From Takakia lepidozioides (taxonomy: Eukaryota; Plantae; Bryophyta): 64,000 nt of DNA. The notes below the pieces were generated by a model. The model did not search any database, was not told the origin of the DNA, and worked only from the letters and a program-made list of their open reading frames with translations. The position numbers and the translations under genes were made by a program. This document shows, piece by piece, positions 1 to 13,445 of this stretch. Numbering within the stretch: position 1 is the stretch's first letter; every line of letters starts with the position of its first letter. Location of the stretch: assembly GCA_030704615.1 (NCBI GenBank), contig CM060731.1:76756001-76820000 (forward strand). Reading direction: 5' to 3'.

Positions 1-3000
1 TCTTGAGGCTGCACATGCACATACGATTAGCAACCCAAGTGTTAGTGTCGTCATAACCAAGACTTACAGCAGCAAGGGCTTCCTGGTGAGTTCTATATAT
101 GTTGTGCAACTAGAATAGGGAGTAGAGCAACTACACTTGAATTACATAAAACAGATTTGATGTACATTCCATGTGCCTAAGTTGCTTGAGCTTCCTGTAG
201 CACCTGCCAGGGTTGATTTCTGGAACAACATCCCAGTGCTCAAGTGGAGTTAACTGTGATTAGTGATTGGCGAACACCTGGGCTGCATTTTAGTATGGTC
301 TGTGCATGAGGTCTAAATGTGGTAAGACTGAAAGATTTTCACTGTCTTGAGTAGATGAAAGTTGCCAGCTGGACAATGCATCGTAGGTAAGCAGGCAAAA
401 CCTCCATTGGTTCACCAGGACACCGTCAAAGAGGGTTCAGCAGTAGGCTGTTGAGAATGTTTTGCATTAGCACAGGTTACTTTTGCCTCTCAAGCCATAT
501 GTTACTATTGAGTCATTGCTAACTTCAAGGATCCTATGTGTGGTATGTTGGGCTCTTCTTTGCAGCACTTTCCGACAGCTTTCGCGAAAAAATGGTTCCC
601 CCAAGTAACCGCAGACTTACTGCTAGTAGACATCGCTGGTGGGCATTGGCCTGTCAAGTGGTATCCAAAGCATGTGCATAAGCGTTTTAGTGCTGGGTGG
701 AGGCAGTTTTCTCAAGCACACAAACTCAAAGAAGGTGATGTTTGTGTATTCGAGCTGAAAAACCCAAAAGAGATCACATTCCTGGTTCACATTTTCAGAG
801 TGGCTGATTCAACCTGTAATGCAAATGGAGGCCATAGCCATGATGAACAGGCAGCGATTGGCAGGGTAACACTTGAGGGACAGAGCAGTGGAAACTGTGA
901 AAATGACACAGTGCAACCAACTAATGTACTTCATGAGAAGCACTCTATACTCTTAGAGAAGAGTTTGAATATTGACAAAGGGACCGTACCCAGTACCTCC
1001 AAGAAGGATGCCAGCATTTCTCCAGAGCACACAGCAGGAGAGGTCAGCAAGAGTGGGAGATCTTGCAAGTCCAGGAAGGATGTGGGCAGGTCAACATCCT
1101 CTCCAACTAAAGCCGTAACGGCAGCGCAGTACTATGCAGGCCGGGAAGGCATGGTGGTTAATGCTTTGGCAGGGGAGGAAGTGAGCCGAGAGGAGAGTAA
1201 AGGTGACAGCGTGGGAGGTATGGGTCCACCACAGATAATCGTTCTCATGCAAGTATATCAATTTGATTGGGATTGACCAAGTTTGAGTTTTCTTGCTTTC
1301 ATGTGCAGAAAGAGGCCCAGCTTTGGTGCCACAGCAAGAAACTACAGCAAATGACAGGAAAAGGAGATATCACAAGATTTCTCAAGGATGTCGGTCCACA
1401 AACAGTATGAGGCAGAAAGCCCTGGATGCAGCAAATGCACTGCAGACAAGCAATCCACACATTCCGCTTGTTATGAGACCCTCAAATGTCGGCGCTGCAT
1501 TTTCTGTTGTAAGTGGATTACTCCTGGCATTCTGTAGTGTTATGGTAGAGAGACAGCAGTAAATGGAAGGTGGGGAGAAGGTAGAAAGCTGTGCATAAAG
1601 AGATGGTAGAATGTGGTGACTGGCATTGCCAAGGACCCAGTAGTGGTATTTACCTTTGGAATGATTTATTTGCTCTAGCAAGGTTCCCTGCCCTTCACTT
1701 CAAACCTCCAGAGCAATTGCCAATGAAGGCAATGTGGTAAAGTTAACTAGCAAAAGAGTGGTGACCTGACCTTTCGAATGATATATTTGCTCTAGCAAGG
1801 TTCCTGCCCTTCACTTCAACCCTCCAGAGCGATTGTCAATGAAGGCAATGTGGTAAATTTAGCTAGCAAAAGAGTGCCAACAGGTCACCATGGGGGTATG
1901 AATTTGCAGCAAAGATCCTGTGGTGAGGCTCATGGACCTACGAACCTTCTTAGCAATCATTTTGTGTTTGGGTCGGAGTAGCAACACTGAAGTTACTCTA
2001 TTTTGTTTTGCAGTTTTTGCCAGGTACATTTGTGATGCCAGAGAAGAGCATGAAAGCGACCCTGTTGGACTCTTCAGGCAAATCGTGGTCTACCAGATGG
2101 CTGGTGACCACAGCTGGACGACGTTTGAGTGCCGGGTGGAGGAGATTTGCAGAGGACCATTTCCTTCAAGCAGGTGATGTCTGTGTGTTTGAGATGATTG
2201 ATTTCGGAAACCTAATAATCTCCATTCACATTTTTCGTGTTTGGGAAGAGGGAATTCGGGATGGCAAGGGAACAGTGAGTGAATATGGCCGGTCGACCAA
2301 AAGAAGAGGGAAGGTTCCACAGAGGTTGGCATTCAAGTCTCAAAGACGACCTGTAACCGAGGCAGAAAGAATGAGTGCAGAGCAGGCTGCCCGTGCACTC
2401 GAGGTTCACAACCCAAGTTTTACAGTCATCTTGCGAAATTCAGCTGTGTATCGTCATTTCCTTGTCGTGAGTTGCTCTCACTCCAAGCCTCTTTGACTTT
2501 CTTTCTTCGGGTTGATTGTTTGATGCTGACCCATCGTGCATATACCAACAGTTTGTAGTGCGGATCTGGATCTATTTCACTGGCATACAGAGAGGTAGTC
2601 ATGGAGTTTGGCTTGCCCAGCTGCAGGCCCATGGGCGTCCGAACACGCAAATGGGGCAGGGGGGAGAGCTGAACAGAATGCAGGACATCACCGTCCAGGA
2701 TTGGGACCTATCTTGTGATATTTGCCGTCCTAACAGAAGTATCAACTACATTGAATATACTGCCACTGAGGCAGGTCACAATTTCGGGCACTATCCCAAG
2801 ATATGAACAGGTCAGGGGAGGTAGAATGGGAGGGAGTGCCTAGAGAAAAATTACGTACTCTTCTTAACATGGGATTCTCTTTGACTTGCATTGCAGTCAA
2901 TACCAAGGAAATTTGCAAATCAATGGCTACCCTGCAAGCTCGTGAGGGTCTCCCTCACTGACACTATTACAGGCCAATCGTGGACTGCGACCTGGGCTGG

Positions 3001-3427
3001 GAACTGCAAGAGAGCACCTACCTTGAGAAGCTGGAAGAAATTCGCCCGCTTTCACTACCTGGAGGAAGGCGACGTCTGTGTGTTTGAGCTCACCGATCCT
3101 GAAAAGCTGGCCTTCTTGGTTCACATTTTCCCAGTTGTAGACTCAAATCCTCCATTGGGAGATCACTGGCAGAGGATCGTTTCAGGGGAGCTTCTTTACG
3201 GGGCACAACACAGGGACGAAGCCCGGGAAGGTCAAGCACAAAAGTTCAGAATGGGTGCAGGTGCCCACCTTTCAAGGAAGTATCAGGGTGCCCATGGCAG
3301 GAGCATATTCATGCCTGCAAGAAACAAGAGCAATATTATGACCAAAACAATCTACACAGCCCTCCGGCAGACAGCGTCCAACGTCCAACGCCCAACTCCC
3401 AGAGTGAAAGAATGCTCCAGTGCATAG
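1..3427 (+). CDS. Multi-B3-domain REM-type transcription factor, 5' partial; exons <1-85, 566-1217, 1309-1508, 2014-2466, 2897-3427
   Basis: Three B3 repeats with (G/S)WxxF...LxxGDVCVFE...xxHIFxV motifs (ORFs 536, 2008, 2891). GT-AG sites at 86/565, 1218/1308, 1509/2013 and 2467/2896; phases of the last three introns check as compatible. Confidence 0.85.
1652..1876. repeat. ~117-bp tandem duplication in intron of the B3 gene
   Basis: accttt(g/c)gaatgat...tgctctagcaaggttcc...gcaatgtggtaaa...ctagcaaaagagtg occurs twice in succession. Confidence 0.85.
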
Positions 3428-4553
3428 CTCGCAAGGATTCCCTCCAAGACTCTCTCTCCTCGTGCCCCACTTCTCAATACTGTCTGAGGTCTGAACGTCC
3501 GACTCAGTCTGAACCCTAACTTTGGACACAGATCCTAAGAAAACTTTATTTTTATTTTAAGTTTTTAAGACAATTAAAAACTGAAAACAGGGCCATACAG
3601 GGATACAATCCCCCTGTTTATCGAAAAACAAAAAACCTAAATACTTCAAAAAACTAAAAACTTTATTCATATAATCTACTAATTTTACATATTGTAAGTT
3701 GTTGTTTTTACTATGTTTTTTTTTTTTTTAAAGCCCACATTTCCCGATATCTCCACAAATTCAAAAGGAAATCTGACTACGGTCAAAGCAAGCGCAACTT
3801 ATGGTATCACTTTTATCCCAAACATCCCAAATGTTGAACCAGTATACTGGTTGAACCTAGGTGTGGAATATAGGTGTGAGTACGTGTAGTGAAGAACATA
3901 CCAGTTGGGTATGGATGAGCCAAGCCCAACGTAGCTTGTTCCCAAAGCACACATGTTTCGCTGTAGAACATGCTCACTTCCCTTCTCAGATAATTCACCT
4001 TTCATATGTCGTGAATTTTCTAGTTCTAGGTGACTACCAAGCTTCCAAGAAACTCGTTATGCCTCCAGATTCGACCAAATGATAGCGGCTCAAACTTCAA
4101 CTACTAAGTAGAACGCAACCCGCGAATTGGGAATTGTGCACTTGCTATATACTATTTGCATCAATTTGTAAACAACTGTAAAGTTGTAAAGAAAACAAAG
4201 TGAAAGTCGAATATCCAAATACGAAGTGTTGTAAAACTCAGTATACTTTATATTCAGAGCTTGTTGATCCCATCTACATGCGAAACAAGGGTGTTATGCC
4301 CCAGATTACTGACAGAGACTACTCAGAAAGCTACGCCTAGTAGAACTAACAGACCAGTGGTTTTTTTTTCGATTTTGTAAAGTAGTTGGCGAGTCTATCT
4401 GTCTTGTGTGACCATTGCTCAAGTGGCAAAATCAATCAACAGGCTCATTTTTTTTGGTGGCTATAGGAAAAGATTTTATATGTAAATATGGCGCATGATT
4501 TGATTTGTTTGGAGCATTTGGTGGCTAATTTTTTTGTAGAGGTGGTGAAATAA

Positions 4554-5289
4554 GCTTCTCATTGTTGAATAATTGGGAGTTTAAGGCTCGCGTGTGCGCC
4601 AGGTAGCGGGCCCCACGCACGGACGTTGGGTGCCCTTGGGTGGCCCCGCCGCGACCCATGACCCGGCCCGGGTGGGTCTGCAGCGAGGATGGGTATGCCA
4701 CCAGGTATGGTCTGCCGCTAGGTAGGGTCCACAGGCCCTGACCCTAGGCGAGACTCAGCTCGGGTGGGTATGCCGCGAGGATGGGTCCGCAAGCCCTGAC
4801 CCTAGGCGGCGTTGGGGCTGACTGCGGCTGTTTTCTAGGTTAAGAGAGAAAAAGAATGTTGGGGTATCAGCAAGCAGCGAGTAGTTTGGTGATTGGGCGC
4901 ATTGAGTGGTACCTATGAGATTGTGGGTTCAAATCTGGTTGCGCCAAATGTGTATAAATGATGGTTCTGGCCGGCGCTGCATGTGTATTAATGACCCTTT
5001 TTTTGATGGGCGAGTTTTCCCGCAAAATTTCTAAGTCCCGCGGGCGGGCTGCGGCACGACGAGCAGACCATTCAGTTGGACCTAAGACCCGCGAGGAGAC
5101 CCGACCTGCGAGCAGTGAGCGGACCCGACCCGACCCGACCTGTCAACAGACCCGACTTGCCAACAGACCCAACCTGCGAGCAGACCCGGACCCTCCCGGT
5201 GGTCGCGGGGGCGCCTGACGTCCGTGCATGGGCCCGTTGCCTGGCGCACACGTGCGCCTTAAATTCCCAATTATTCAAAAGTGAGAGGC
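4554..5289. mobile_element. Mutator-like non-autonomous element (MITE) with long TIRs
   Basis: ~80-bp imperfect TIRs (gcttctcattgttgaataattgggagtttaaggc... / ...gccttaaattcccaattattcaaaagtgagaggc) and a 9-bp TSD GTGAAATAA (4545-4553, 5290-5298). Confidence 0.85.
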
Positions 5290-5769
5290 GTGAAATAATG
5301 TGGCGATTAACAAGGGTCAATTGTGGTTTGGTGGCGATTTTCAATTACAAAGCTGCTAATGTGTGGCATCCTAGACCCTTAAAAGAGGGCTTTCTAGCGA
5401 ATAGAACTTGGAAGAAATACAAACTCTGAACTGCAAACAAATCCATTCACAGACTCTGAGCCAAACACAAAGATAGAGTTGCGGGGGGATTGAACCCCTG
5501 AGACTGCCCTCTGCAGCACAACTCACTTGCACTTACAAAACAAAAAAGACATCAAATGTGACCAACACATGCAAACAGTTCAGATATGGATCCACGGAAG
5601 AGGGTGTCATAGCCTGCCGACTTCAAGGAAAGAAGAGGTCGGCTGATCAGTATTCATATTGTCCATATGATTTCGTTCAAACACATTGAACCATAACAAG
5701 CCATGTCTACATTTGCACACTCAAATGGTACCTTGGATTTGCCATAAACTTTGCAGCCCAACACCTCTA

Positions 5770-6044
5770 ACATCAAATGCATAAAAGCGAGCCCGAGTAG
5801 CTCTCCATTGCTGAATTGTCTCATCGTATGGAAAATTCTTCAAGGTGTAAAACCTTTGAGCAAACATACGCACAACAAGAGGCAATGGGTGGTAAGTCTG
5901 TTACGTAATTTTGACTTGACAAAAACCAAAGTGCTGAAGCATCTTTTGTCCTCTACACTGCCAACAACCTACACCATTGCAATATCAGCCACTTTAATAT
6001 ATTCTGGAAAGCTATGAACCATAACCCTAGATGCAATGACAGAC
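5770..6044 (-). pseudogene. hAT transposase C-terminal dimerization domain (3' part of the split gene)
   Basis: Minus-strand translation ...SFPEYIKVADIAMV*VVGSVEDKRCFSTLVFVKSKLRNRLTTH...; continues the ORF that stops at 43271 across the LTR TSD CAGAC. Confidence 0.8.
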
Positions 6045-6563
6045 TGTCATGGACATAGCCCAGAGGAACTTATCAGGAGTAAATACCAGAAGTTACCAAG
6101 TTATCATGCTACCAAAAATTACCATGACTTACAATGATTTACCATGATCTATCATGATATACCATTACTTACCAAGTTATCAGGAGTTTACCAAATTACC
6201 AAGAGTAACTTGGGAAACTGCTCAGGAAGCTTTCTTTGGAGGATACTTCTCCATCAAGGACTGGACACTCTTCAGTCTCGCCAACACCAGTTCAAGTTAC
6301 TATTGTTTCCAGTTCCCAGTACTCCAGTCCAGTTCCCAGTACCCTAGCCCAGTTTCCAGTATCTGGTACTTCAGTCCAGTTTCCAGCATTCCAGTATTCA
6401 AGTTGTGTTCCGATATCTTGTACTCTTGTTCATTGTTATAAAGATTGTCTTGATTCATATTTACTCATCGTGCATACGGCCACGCCGACCTTGACTTTTT
6501 GCCTAGTCTTGTACCTTTGGTCTGATCTTTTGTTTGTGTTCAGTCATGTTCTCGTCCTTGACA
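6045..6563 (+). repeat. 5' LTR of outer Gypsy
   Basis: tgtcatggacatagcccagaggaac...gtccttgaca; homologous to the reverse complement of 36351-36384 plus 43272-43858. Confidence 0.9.
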
Positions 6564-6621
6564 GTTTGGCGAGACTAAAGTTTGTTCCTAGTTAATTAAG
6601 ATAGAAGGCACATTTGCGGAA

Positions 6622-8009
6622 ATGGTCGCCGCATTGTAGAGTCTTCAGCTCCAAATGCAAGAACTTCGTGCCTCTACTGCCCAACTACAAGTTGATCAGT
6701 CTCAAGATCTTGGCAACGCTCTCAACAATTTGCAACAACAAATTTCAGAGTTGAAGGAGAACAATGGATCTTCAACGTTACGAGTCCCTACTACAACAAA
6801 TCCTACTGCAACGGTTCCTCCAAATCTTCAACAGATTACAAGGGAACCAAAGGTCAGCATGCTCGAAAAATTTGATGGAACGAGATCAAGATTTCGCGGT
6901 TTTGTTCAACAAGTACGATTGTTCCTACGACTACATCCACAACGCTACCCTGATGAAGGTATTCAAGTGGGATTTGTGGGCACCATTCTATCCGACACTG
7001 CCATATCTTGGTTTGCACCGTTATGAGAGAAAAATTCGCATTTATTATACAATTTTGAAGCGTTCATGTCCGAGGTCACTGCAACGTTTGGAGAGAATGA
7101 TAGAGAGAAAGTTGCAGAGACAAAGATGCGAAATTTTCGACAATGAGCACGTCCAGTTTCCGTTTATGCTGCCGAATTTTGACAACTTGTGTGTGACCTC
7201 GACTGGAATGAGAAGAGTCTCATTAGTCAGTTTCGATGTAGCCTAAAACATGATGTAAAATATTTGTTGCTGACAATGCCAAACGTGAGTACACTGAGCG
7301 AATTCATCACCCAAGTCATTGCATGCGATAATCGTTTGTTCGAAAGACGTCAAGAGAAACGATCTGGATGGTCGACAACGCACCATGTCACTGCTACTAC
7401 GACACCAAACACAACGATCCATCAGACATCCGGTAATGATCCTATGCAAATTGATGCTGTCCGATTCAAGCCATTGACACCACAAGAAAAACAAAGACGG
7501 CGTTCGAATGGATTATGCCTTTATTGCGGAAAAGATGATCACATAGTATTAAATTGCCCCAACAAGAGAAGATTCAAAGTTTGGGGCACAACTCAAGTGT
7601 TCAATACGAGGAGGTCGGAAAACGAAGATGTCCAGTCACAGTAGGGACCATGCGGCTAGACACCCCAAATTTCTCACCAAAGAAATGTCTTTTTCTACCT
7701 CCGGACCCTGTATCATATTTCACAGTTCCAGTAAAGATCAGGATATGAAATCGAGATAACTCCGTAGAAGCATTTTTGGACTCAGGCGCTTCAGCATGTT
7801 TTATTGACAAAGACTTTGCGAAACAACACGATTTAACGCTCGTAAGAAAGAAATTCTCGGCCCTTGTTGAAGTCATCGATGGACGACCGTTAGCATTTGG
7901 AAATATTGACCATGAAACTCAACCCCTTGAAGTGAAGCTTAAAAATCAAGCATCACAAATTGTTTTCAATGTCATACAGTCTCCAACGAATCATGTGATC
8001 ATTGGATTT
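6622..8009 (+). pseudogene. Outer Gypsy gag (with zinc knuckle) and aspartic protease, disrupted
   Basis: EKFDGTRSRFRGF, DPMQIDA, CLYCGKDDHIVLNC knuckle, LDSGASACFID protease motif. Cut at ...HVIIG by the Sola-like insertion. Confidence 0.85.
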
Positions 8010-8544
8010 AACTCAATTTTAACTAATTCCGGACTTTGAAGAAGTCCGGATTGAAGTCCGGATTTAATGAAAATACGGATCTATTTACTAAATATATAAT
8101 AAAATTTAATACGTATACACCTATATATAATAATATCATTTTAATTTAAGTATCTAAACTAATACTGAAAACCATTCTTATATTCAATTTTCACTTTGAA
8201 TGTGAATACAAACTTATTCATATCACTCTTTTGTAGAAAACATCACTACAATTTTAGTTTTTTCCACTTTGAGTGGCGAAAGATATTGGCATCAACGCAT
8301 TGTCGTATATATATGGATTTATCGACTTCAGGATTGAACTCAAAGTATTGATTCACATCTACATATACATATAATGACATATCAATATATGAAGCGAGAC
8401 GTTTGTTTTGTTTTGTAGCGTCGTTGAGATCTCCCAAATCGCGGGGCCCCAACGCAAATGCTTGGTGCCGTTGGAAAGCCCTCGATGTGGAATTTCAAGT
8501 ACTTTTGGTTGCTGAAAATTTGTGAAAAATAGCAAAGTGGGCTT

Positions 8545-9230
8545 TCATGGGACAATGATTGGAGCCTCGACATCAAGGGAAAGGTCTCCGGTCCAAATCT
8601 GGTTGTAGGCTTTGTAGAAAAGAAATGCATTTGGACTTAGATGACAATGATTGGAGCCTCGAGGGGACTAGATATATCAATAATAAATTGGGCCTTGACA
8701 TTGGAGACGTACTGGGATACATAGGAAATTGCATTCGGGCTTAGATGACACTAGACACTTGGGCCTCTACATGGGAGATGCACTTGGATACATGAATAGA
8801 AGATTGCACTTGGGCTTAGATAGGCCTCGACAGAGGAGACACAGTTGGATACATAGGAAATTGCATTCAGTCTCGGATTTCAGTTCTTCACACATGGCCA
8901 ACGGCACAAGCTACACTAAAGGTCGCACTTGGGCCTCGACATAGGAGACGTACTAGGATACATAGGAAATTGCACTCGATTTTGCGTTTCAATTCTTCAG
9001 ACATGGGCCGATGGCACAGGCTACCCTAGAGGTCGCACTTGGGCCTCGACATAGGAAACGCACTACATATGAGATCTTGCACTTGGGCTTAGATGACACA
9101 AGACACTTGGGCCAACAGCACAAGCTATCCCAAAGGTCGCATCCGGGGTTGGACATAGGAGACGCATTTGGATACATAAGGGACTTAGATGACACTGGAC
9201 ACTTGGGCCAACGGCACAGGCTGTCCTAGT
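8545..9230. repeat. Degenerate mosaic subterminal repeats of the Sola-like element
   Basis: Recurrent blocks cacttgggcctcgacataggagacg, ggatacataggaaattgca and gggcttagatgacac. Confidence 0.75.
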
Positions 9231-9399
9231 CCTTCTTGAATATGACATTTTGTTGATCCAAAGTGCCAGATAGAAAAAATATATCCATGTATTACCAAAA
9301 ATATATTATTCAAAAAAATGAATCCATGTTTGATACTGACACATTGTGTTTTGTACCATGTAATGATATGTACGTATGAACATCATACTACAAGACCTT

Positions 9400-12300
9400 T
9401 TAGCGTTGAGACGAATATCCAAAAGAAGCTGAAGATGAACCTCCTTGCAATGATGATTCGTTTGCAAAATGACTACCTTGCAAGAGAGGCATAACTCTAC
9501 GTCGTCGTTTACTTATACCATGTTTCATTGTCTTGCTAATGTGCAGACGGTTCAAAATAATCTGGACATGACTCTCAACACCAGTGGACATGGTTCTATT
9601 CTCGCTGTGGTTGAACATATCATCGGAATTCACGCTCGCAACCACACTGCGTGACGTTGAAGATCCAGATTTGCGGGACTCTAATTCCAATAGTCGAGTT
9701 GAGGCCTTCTCCCGTCGAATTATATTTTGCAACTCCTCCTCATGATTCACTGAACAAAAAGTACACAATGAGACACTTCGAAATCCATGCCGAAGTACCA
9801 TGGAGCCACAGATGAACAACAATTTAGTAAATTAAAATAATTAATTTTTTTTTGTCATAATCACCGAAATTTTTTTGGCGTACCAAGATAATCAGGTTGA
9901 AGAAGGCGAGGGTGACGAATAGATGGATCAACATATCTCCCGAACCAAGACCAATGCCATCCGTCACATCTGATGGAAGGTCGTGTTCTCTTTACACAGT
10001 TTTCACTGACATAGTCCACCACACTAGAGGCTCCAATCATCTTGTGCATGAACGGCCAAACCGTCATCACCATATCACTCACGTTTTGGTCCATAGAGAC
10101 ATTTTTTCTTGAAGATAAAACATTGAAAGGAAGAGGGAAAAACCTTGTATTCTCTGGGTTCCTTAGTGCTTTGGAAGGCTCATCATCAACTAAGAGAATC
10201 TGACCTTGTTTTGCAAATGGCTTGTCTGCAAACTTTATTAAAACTTTGTCAATATCTTTGACCACGTACTTCATTTCATACTTGATATAGCCAGACGCAA
10301 TTGTACAGTGCTCAGCCGACCAAATGAAACAAAATTGTTTCATGATCTCCGGTGGAACAAAAGCTCACACCTGGACGAGGAATTACAAATGGTGTCTTTG
10401 GCACTTGAAGTTTTATGCGTCGTCCGGGATATTTAGCTCTCAACAACTCCAACCCACTTGGAGGGGGTCTGAAGCACAAAAGACCGTTGACGCTTAATAT
10501 GACAAGCATTCGTTTTTTCTGACCCGAGATGATTTGGGTGTTTACGCTCTTAGAGGCGGTCACCTAGAAATAAAAATGAAATATCATTAGTACTGCCAAA
10601 GAACAGAACATAAAATAAAAAATCACTAAAGAAAGATCACTTCGGACCATATGTCGAAGTGCATTGGGTATCTTTAAGAAAGAGACCCCATTGGCTAATA
10701 ACATAGTTCATCTTCTGGCAACAACATCAAAGGACATAACCAGAGTAACGCCTAAAAGAAAATAACTCATATTCTTCAACAAAACATATAAAGATAACAA
10801 GAAATGAGAATAATGCGAAAATATTTGAAACCATTTTAGGCAAATCGCTTAAAGACTTCTTTTTTAGGCTTTGTGAGTCTTTTTGAGTCTTTTTGGATAT
10901 TGGGAGCTGCAATGAGGACGACAAATCAGCTTCTCGACCTCCATCAGCGGTCGAACACTTCAACTTTGATCTTGGGGAAATATGCCATTTATCTTGAGAA
11001 ATATCCGTTTTCTCACTTGCATTCAATGACTCGGATCCTGTCGATCTACGAACCGAATTGGAGAATCTTTGAATGGAGATTCCACCAGTATTTTTTGTTG
11101 CGGACCTCACTTTGCATGGTATTTTCTCAGATTAAGAGGATGTTGTAACAAAAGAGCTTTCCTTATGTAGATCTGAAGTTATCCCTCTTGAGACCACGAA
11201 ACAATCAGACAATGCTTGGACATGCTCGGCTCAACTGAAACATATATAAGGTCTTGCTCGCAAAATGAAGTTTTAGTACATTTCTCGGTTCTGAGAGATC
11301 CATAAACTTCCCTTGCCTCGCCAAGAAATGTGGATTTATCCATTCTAAAATACTACATTTTGGACTTGCAGCAATTGGTTCCGAAAGATCCGTGAGTTGT
11401 CCCTGCCTTGCCAAGAAGTGTGGATTGATCCACTCCAAAATACTACGTTTTGGACTCGCAACTATCGGTAATTCAGATGATGCATCTCCACAGGGCAATT
11501 CAGACTGGGGTGGAATACTCTCCATTATAAGTCGTCTTCGTGCACATGGATTCATTCTTGTATGTCCCGATATCTGAAAGAACAAAAATAAAGATACATT
11601 CTTAAGCATGACATCCAACCAATTCATATGAATGGGGATCATAGATAAAACAAAATTCCAAATATACCTCTCTCTCCGAGATCCATGGTTGATTGTAAAA
11701 AGCAGATATACCATCGTTATCTTGAATTGAGCCAATCATTGACAATTGCGGAAGACCGGTGCTACAGTTCAGGTCCATCTGTATAGCTTCCAAATTAGCT
11801 TATTCCAGTAGCGGAGCAATCTGTGAAAATGCATGAACACTTAATGTCAAAGAAAAAAAAACACAAACATATATGGGATACTTTGCACCTCATGCCAAAG
11901 TGAAATGAAGTGAAGTGAAGATAATGATCGAGGACCAATTCTAAAGATGTGGCAATCCATCATTACGAGAGCTCTTCACATCCATATGGATAATATAATC
12001 ACAAGTCTTACTCTCCGTGAAGCATGGTCAAGACAAGTCTTCCAAATCCTTCATGACCAAGTTCCAACATGCAATGAGGCATGCATACAAATCATTGAAT
12101 CACATTCGTAATTTTGATAGGTTGATTGCAAAAAAATGGGAATAAATATCAGGAACAAACTTACAATATCAAAAACTTGGTGTAACTGACTAGATGAAAT
12201 ATGAGGACGGCGGTCAAAATGCTTGTAGAAGCCAACGACCATCAAATCTTCTCAAAGAGAAGAACCGTGACTATTTCAAGTGAAAGATATCTAAGTTCAC

Positions 12301-13100
12301 TTCAAATATAATACCTTACTATCCAATGGAAGCTTTAAGTGAACTTAGGTATCCTCTACATTTACAAGTCAACTGGTTCTTTTCTTAGAGAAGATAATAT
12401 GGTCATTGCTATATGTACTTAAGGTCTTGCCATGCTTTGTGGAACAAGTCCCTACTAATGGTACATTGATTGAGAAGTAAGGACTTCGAAACAGAGGCCG
12501 AAGCGACCTCAAGTATAATAAAAAGAGAAATGTTTGGAGAGTGGTTGGGCTTAATACCTCCAAGCCCACTACAATAGCCATTTCATGCGGAAGTATATGA
12601 GCGTGAAAGCTTTGGTTGTCCATATCTGTAATATGATAACAGTTGTCTTGTTTGATAGTTGGGACCGAATTATCCTTCAACTCCTCGATGGCCTGCATAC
12701 AGTCAAGGATACACACCTAAAACTAACACCATAAAACCTAAAAGATATGTCAAAGATTATGAAGAGACATGGAATGTTTAAATCTTTAAATGAATGTGAA
12801 ATGCAAGACATGGATGATGGTACCAGTGTATTGTCGATGTGGACATGAGTTTGTGGTGACACATTTGACGAACCCATTCTCCCGATATCATATAATTTTT
12901 CATCTCCAATTGATGGATAAGAAAATTGAGCCAATGTTTTCTCCATAAGCACATTGGAGTTCCTTGAATGCAGTAAGCATCCTCAATGGTGCAACAAAGA
13001 GAGACAGTGTCTAGCTGAAGACTAATATTTGAAGGAGTCGGAATCCGTTCGGCGATGTTGCGTTGTGCGACGAAATGCTCCGGAGATTGAATGAATGTTG
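9400..13100 (-). pseudogene. Multi-exon cargo gene ending in an FCP1/NIF-like HAD-phosphatase domain (domain ~9861-10563); N-terminal part unassigned
   Basis: KRMLVILSVNGLLC...RPGV...FIWS...ILLVDDEPSKALRNP motifs, with a frameshift near 10340. Splice-like boundaries and a 30-aa tandem repeat upstream. Gene limits approximate. Confidence 0.55.
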
Positions 13101-13445
13101 ATTTGATTGCAGTTGGAGTGCTATCAATTACAGGCTGACAAGATCCAATGGAAAGAAACGAGGGACCAAATCAATAGCAATTGTGAAATATGATGTCAAA
13201 AATATCCATCAAGTGATTAATGCCACACACAAGTAAGGGAACCCTATTACTTCGGAGATGAGACATTTCAATGGAGTAAATTATAAGAATCTTTGTAATC
13301 TATATATGCATCAATAGTTTGGTGTTCGATATTCAATATTTTAACATCATTAGTATCCAAAGAATCAAAGATAAAAAAATAAAAAAAATGTACACAATAG
13401 AGAAGAACAAAGATGAAATTTATTCGATATTCATAAATACTATCA

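Noticed and set aside
1652-1876. Intronic C/D snoRNA pair
   Set aside because: The C box is imperfect and the D box is missing in the second copy.
3540-3660. Possible LINE 3' end or hAT-like CAGGG terminus
   Set aside because: No partner terminus, TSD or coding remnant was found.
5481-5520. Minus-strand B-box (GGTTCAATCC) suggesting a tRNA or SINE
   Set aside because: No cloverleaf, A-box, tail or TSD could be supported.
11640-12720. Possible Ulp1-like protease in the third cargo gene
   Set aside because: Only vague resemblance; no convincing His-Trp or Gln-x-Asp-Cys-Gly catalytic motifs.
13249-13270. Additional palindrome copy
   Set aside because: Only the ACTTCG half-site is present; not counted.
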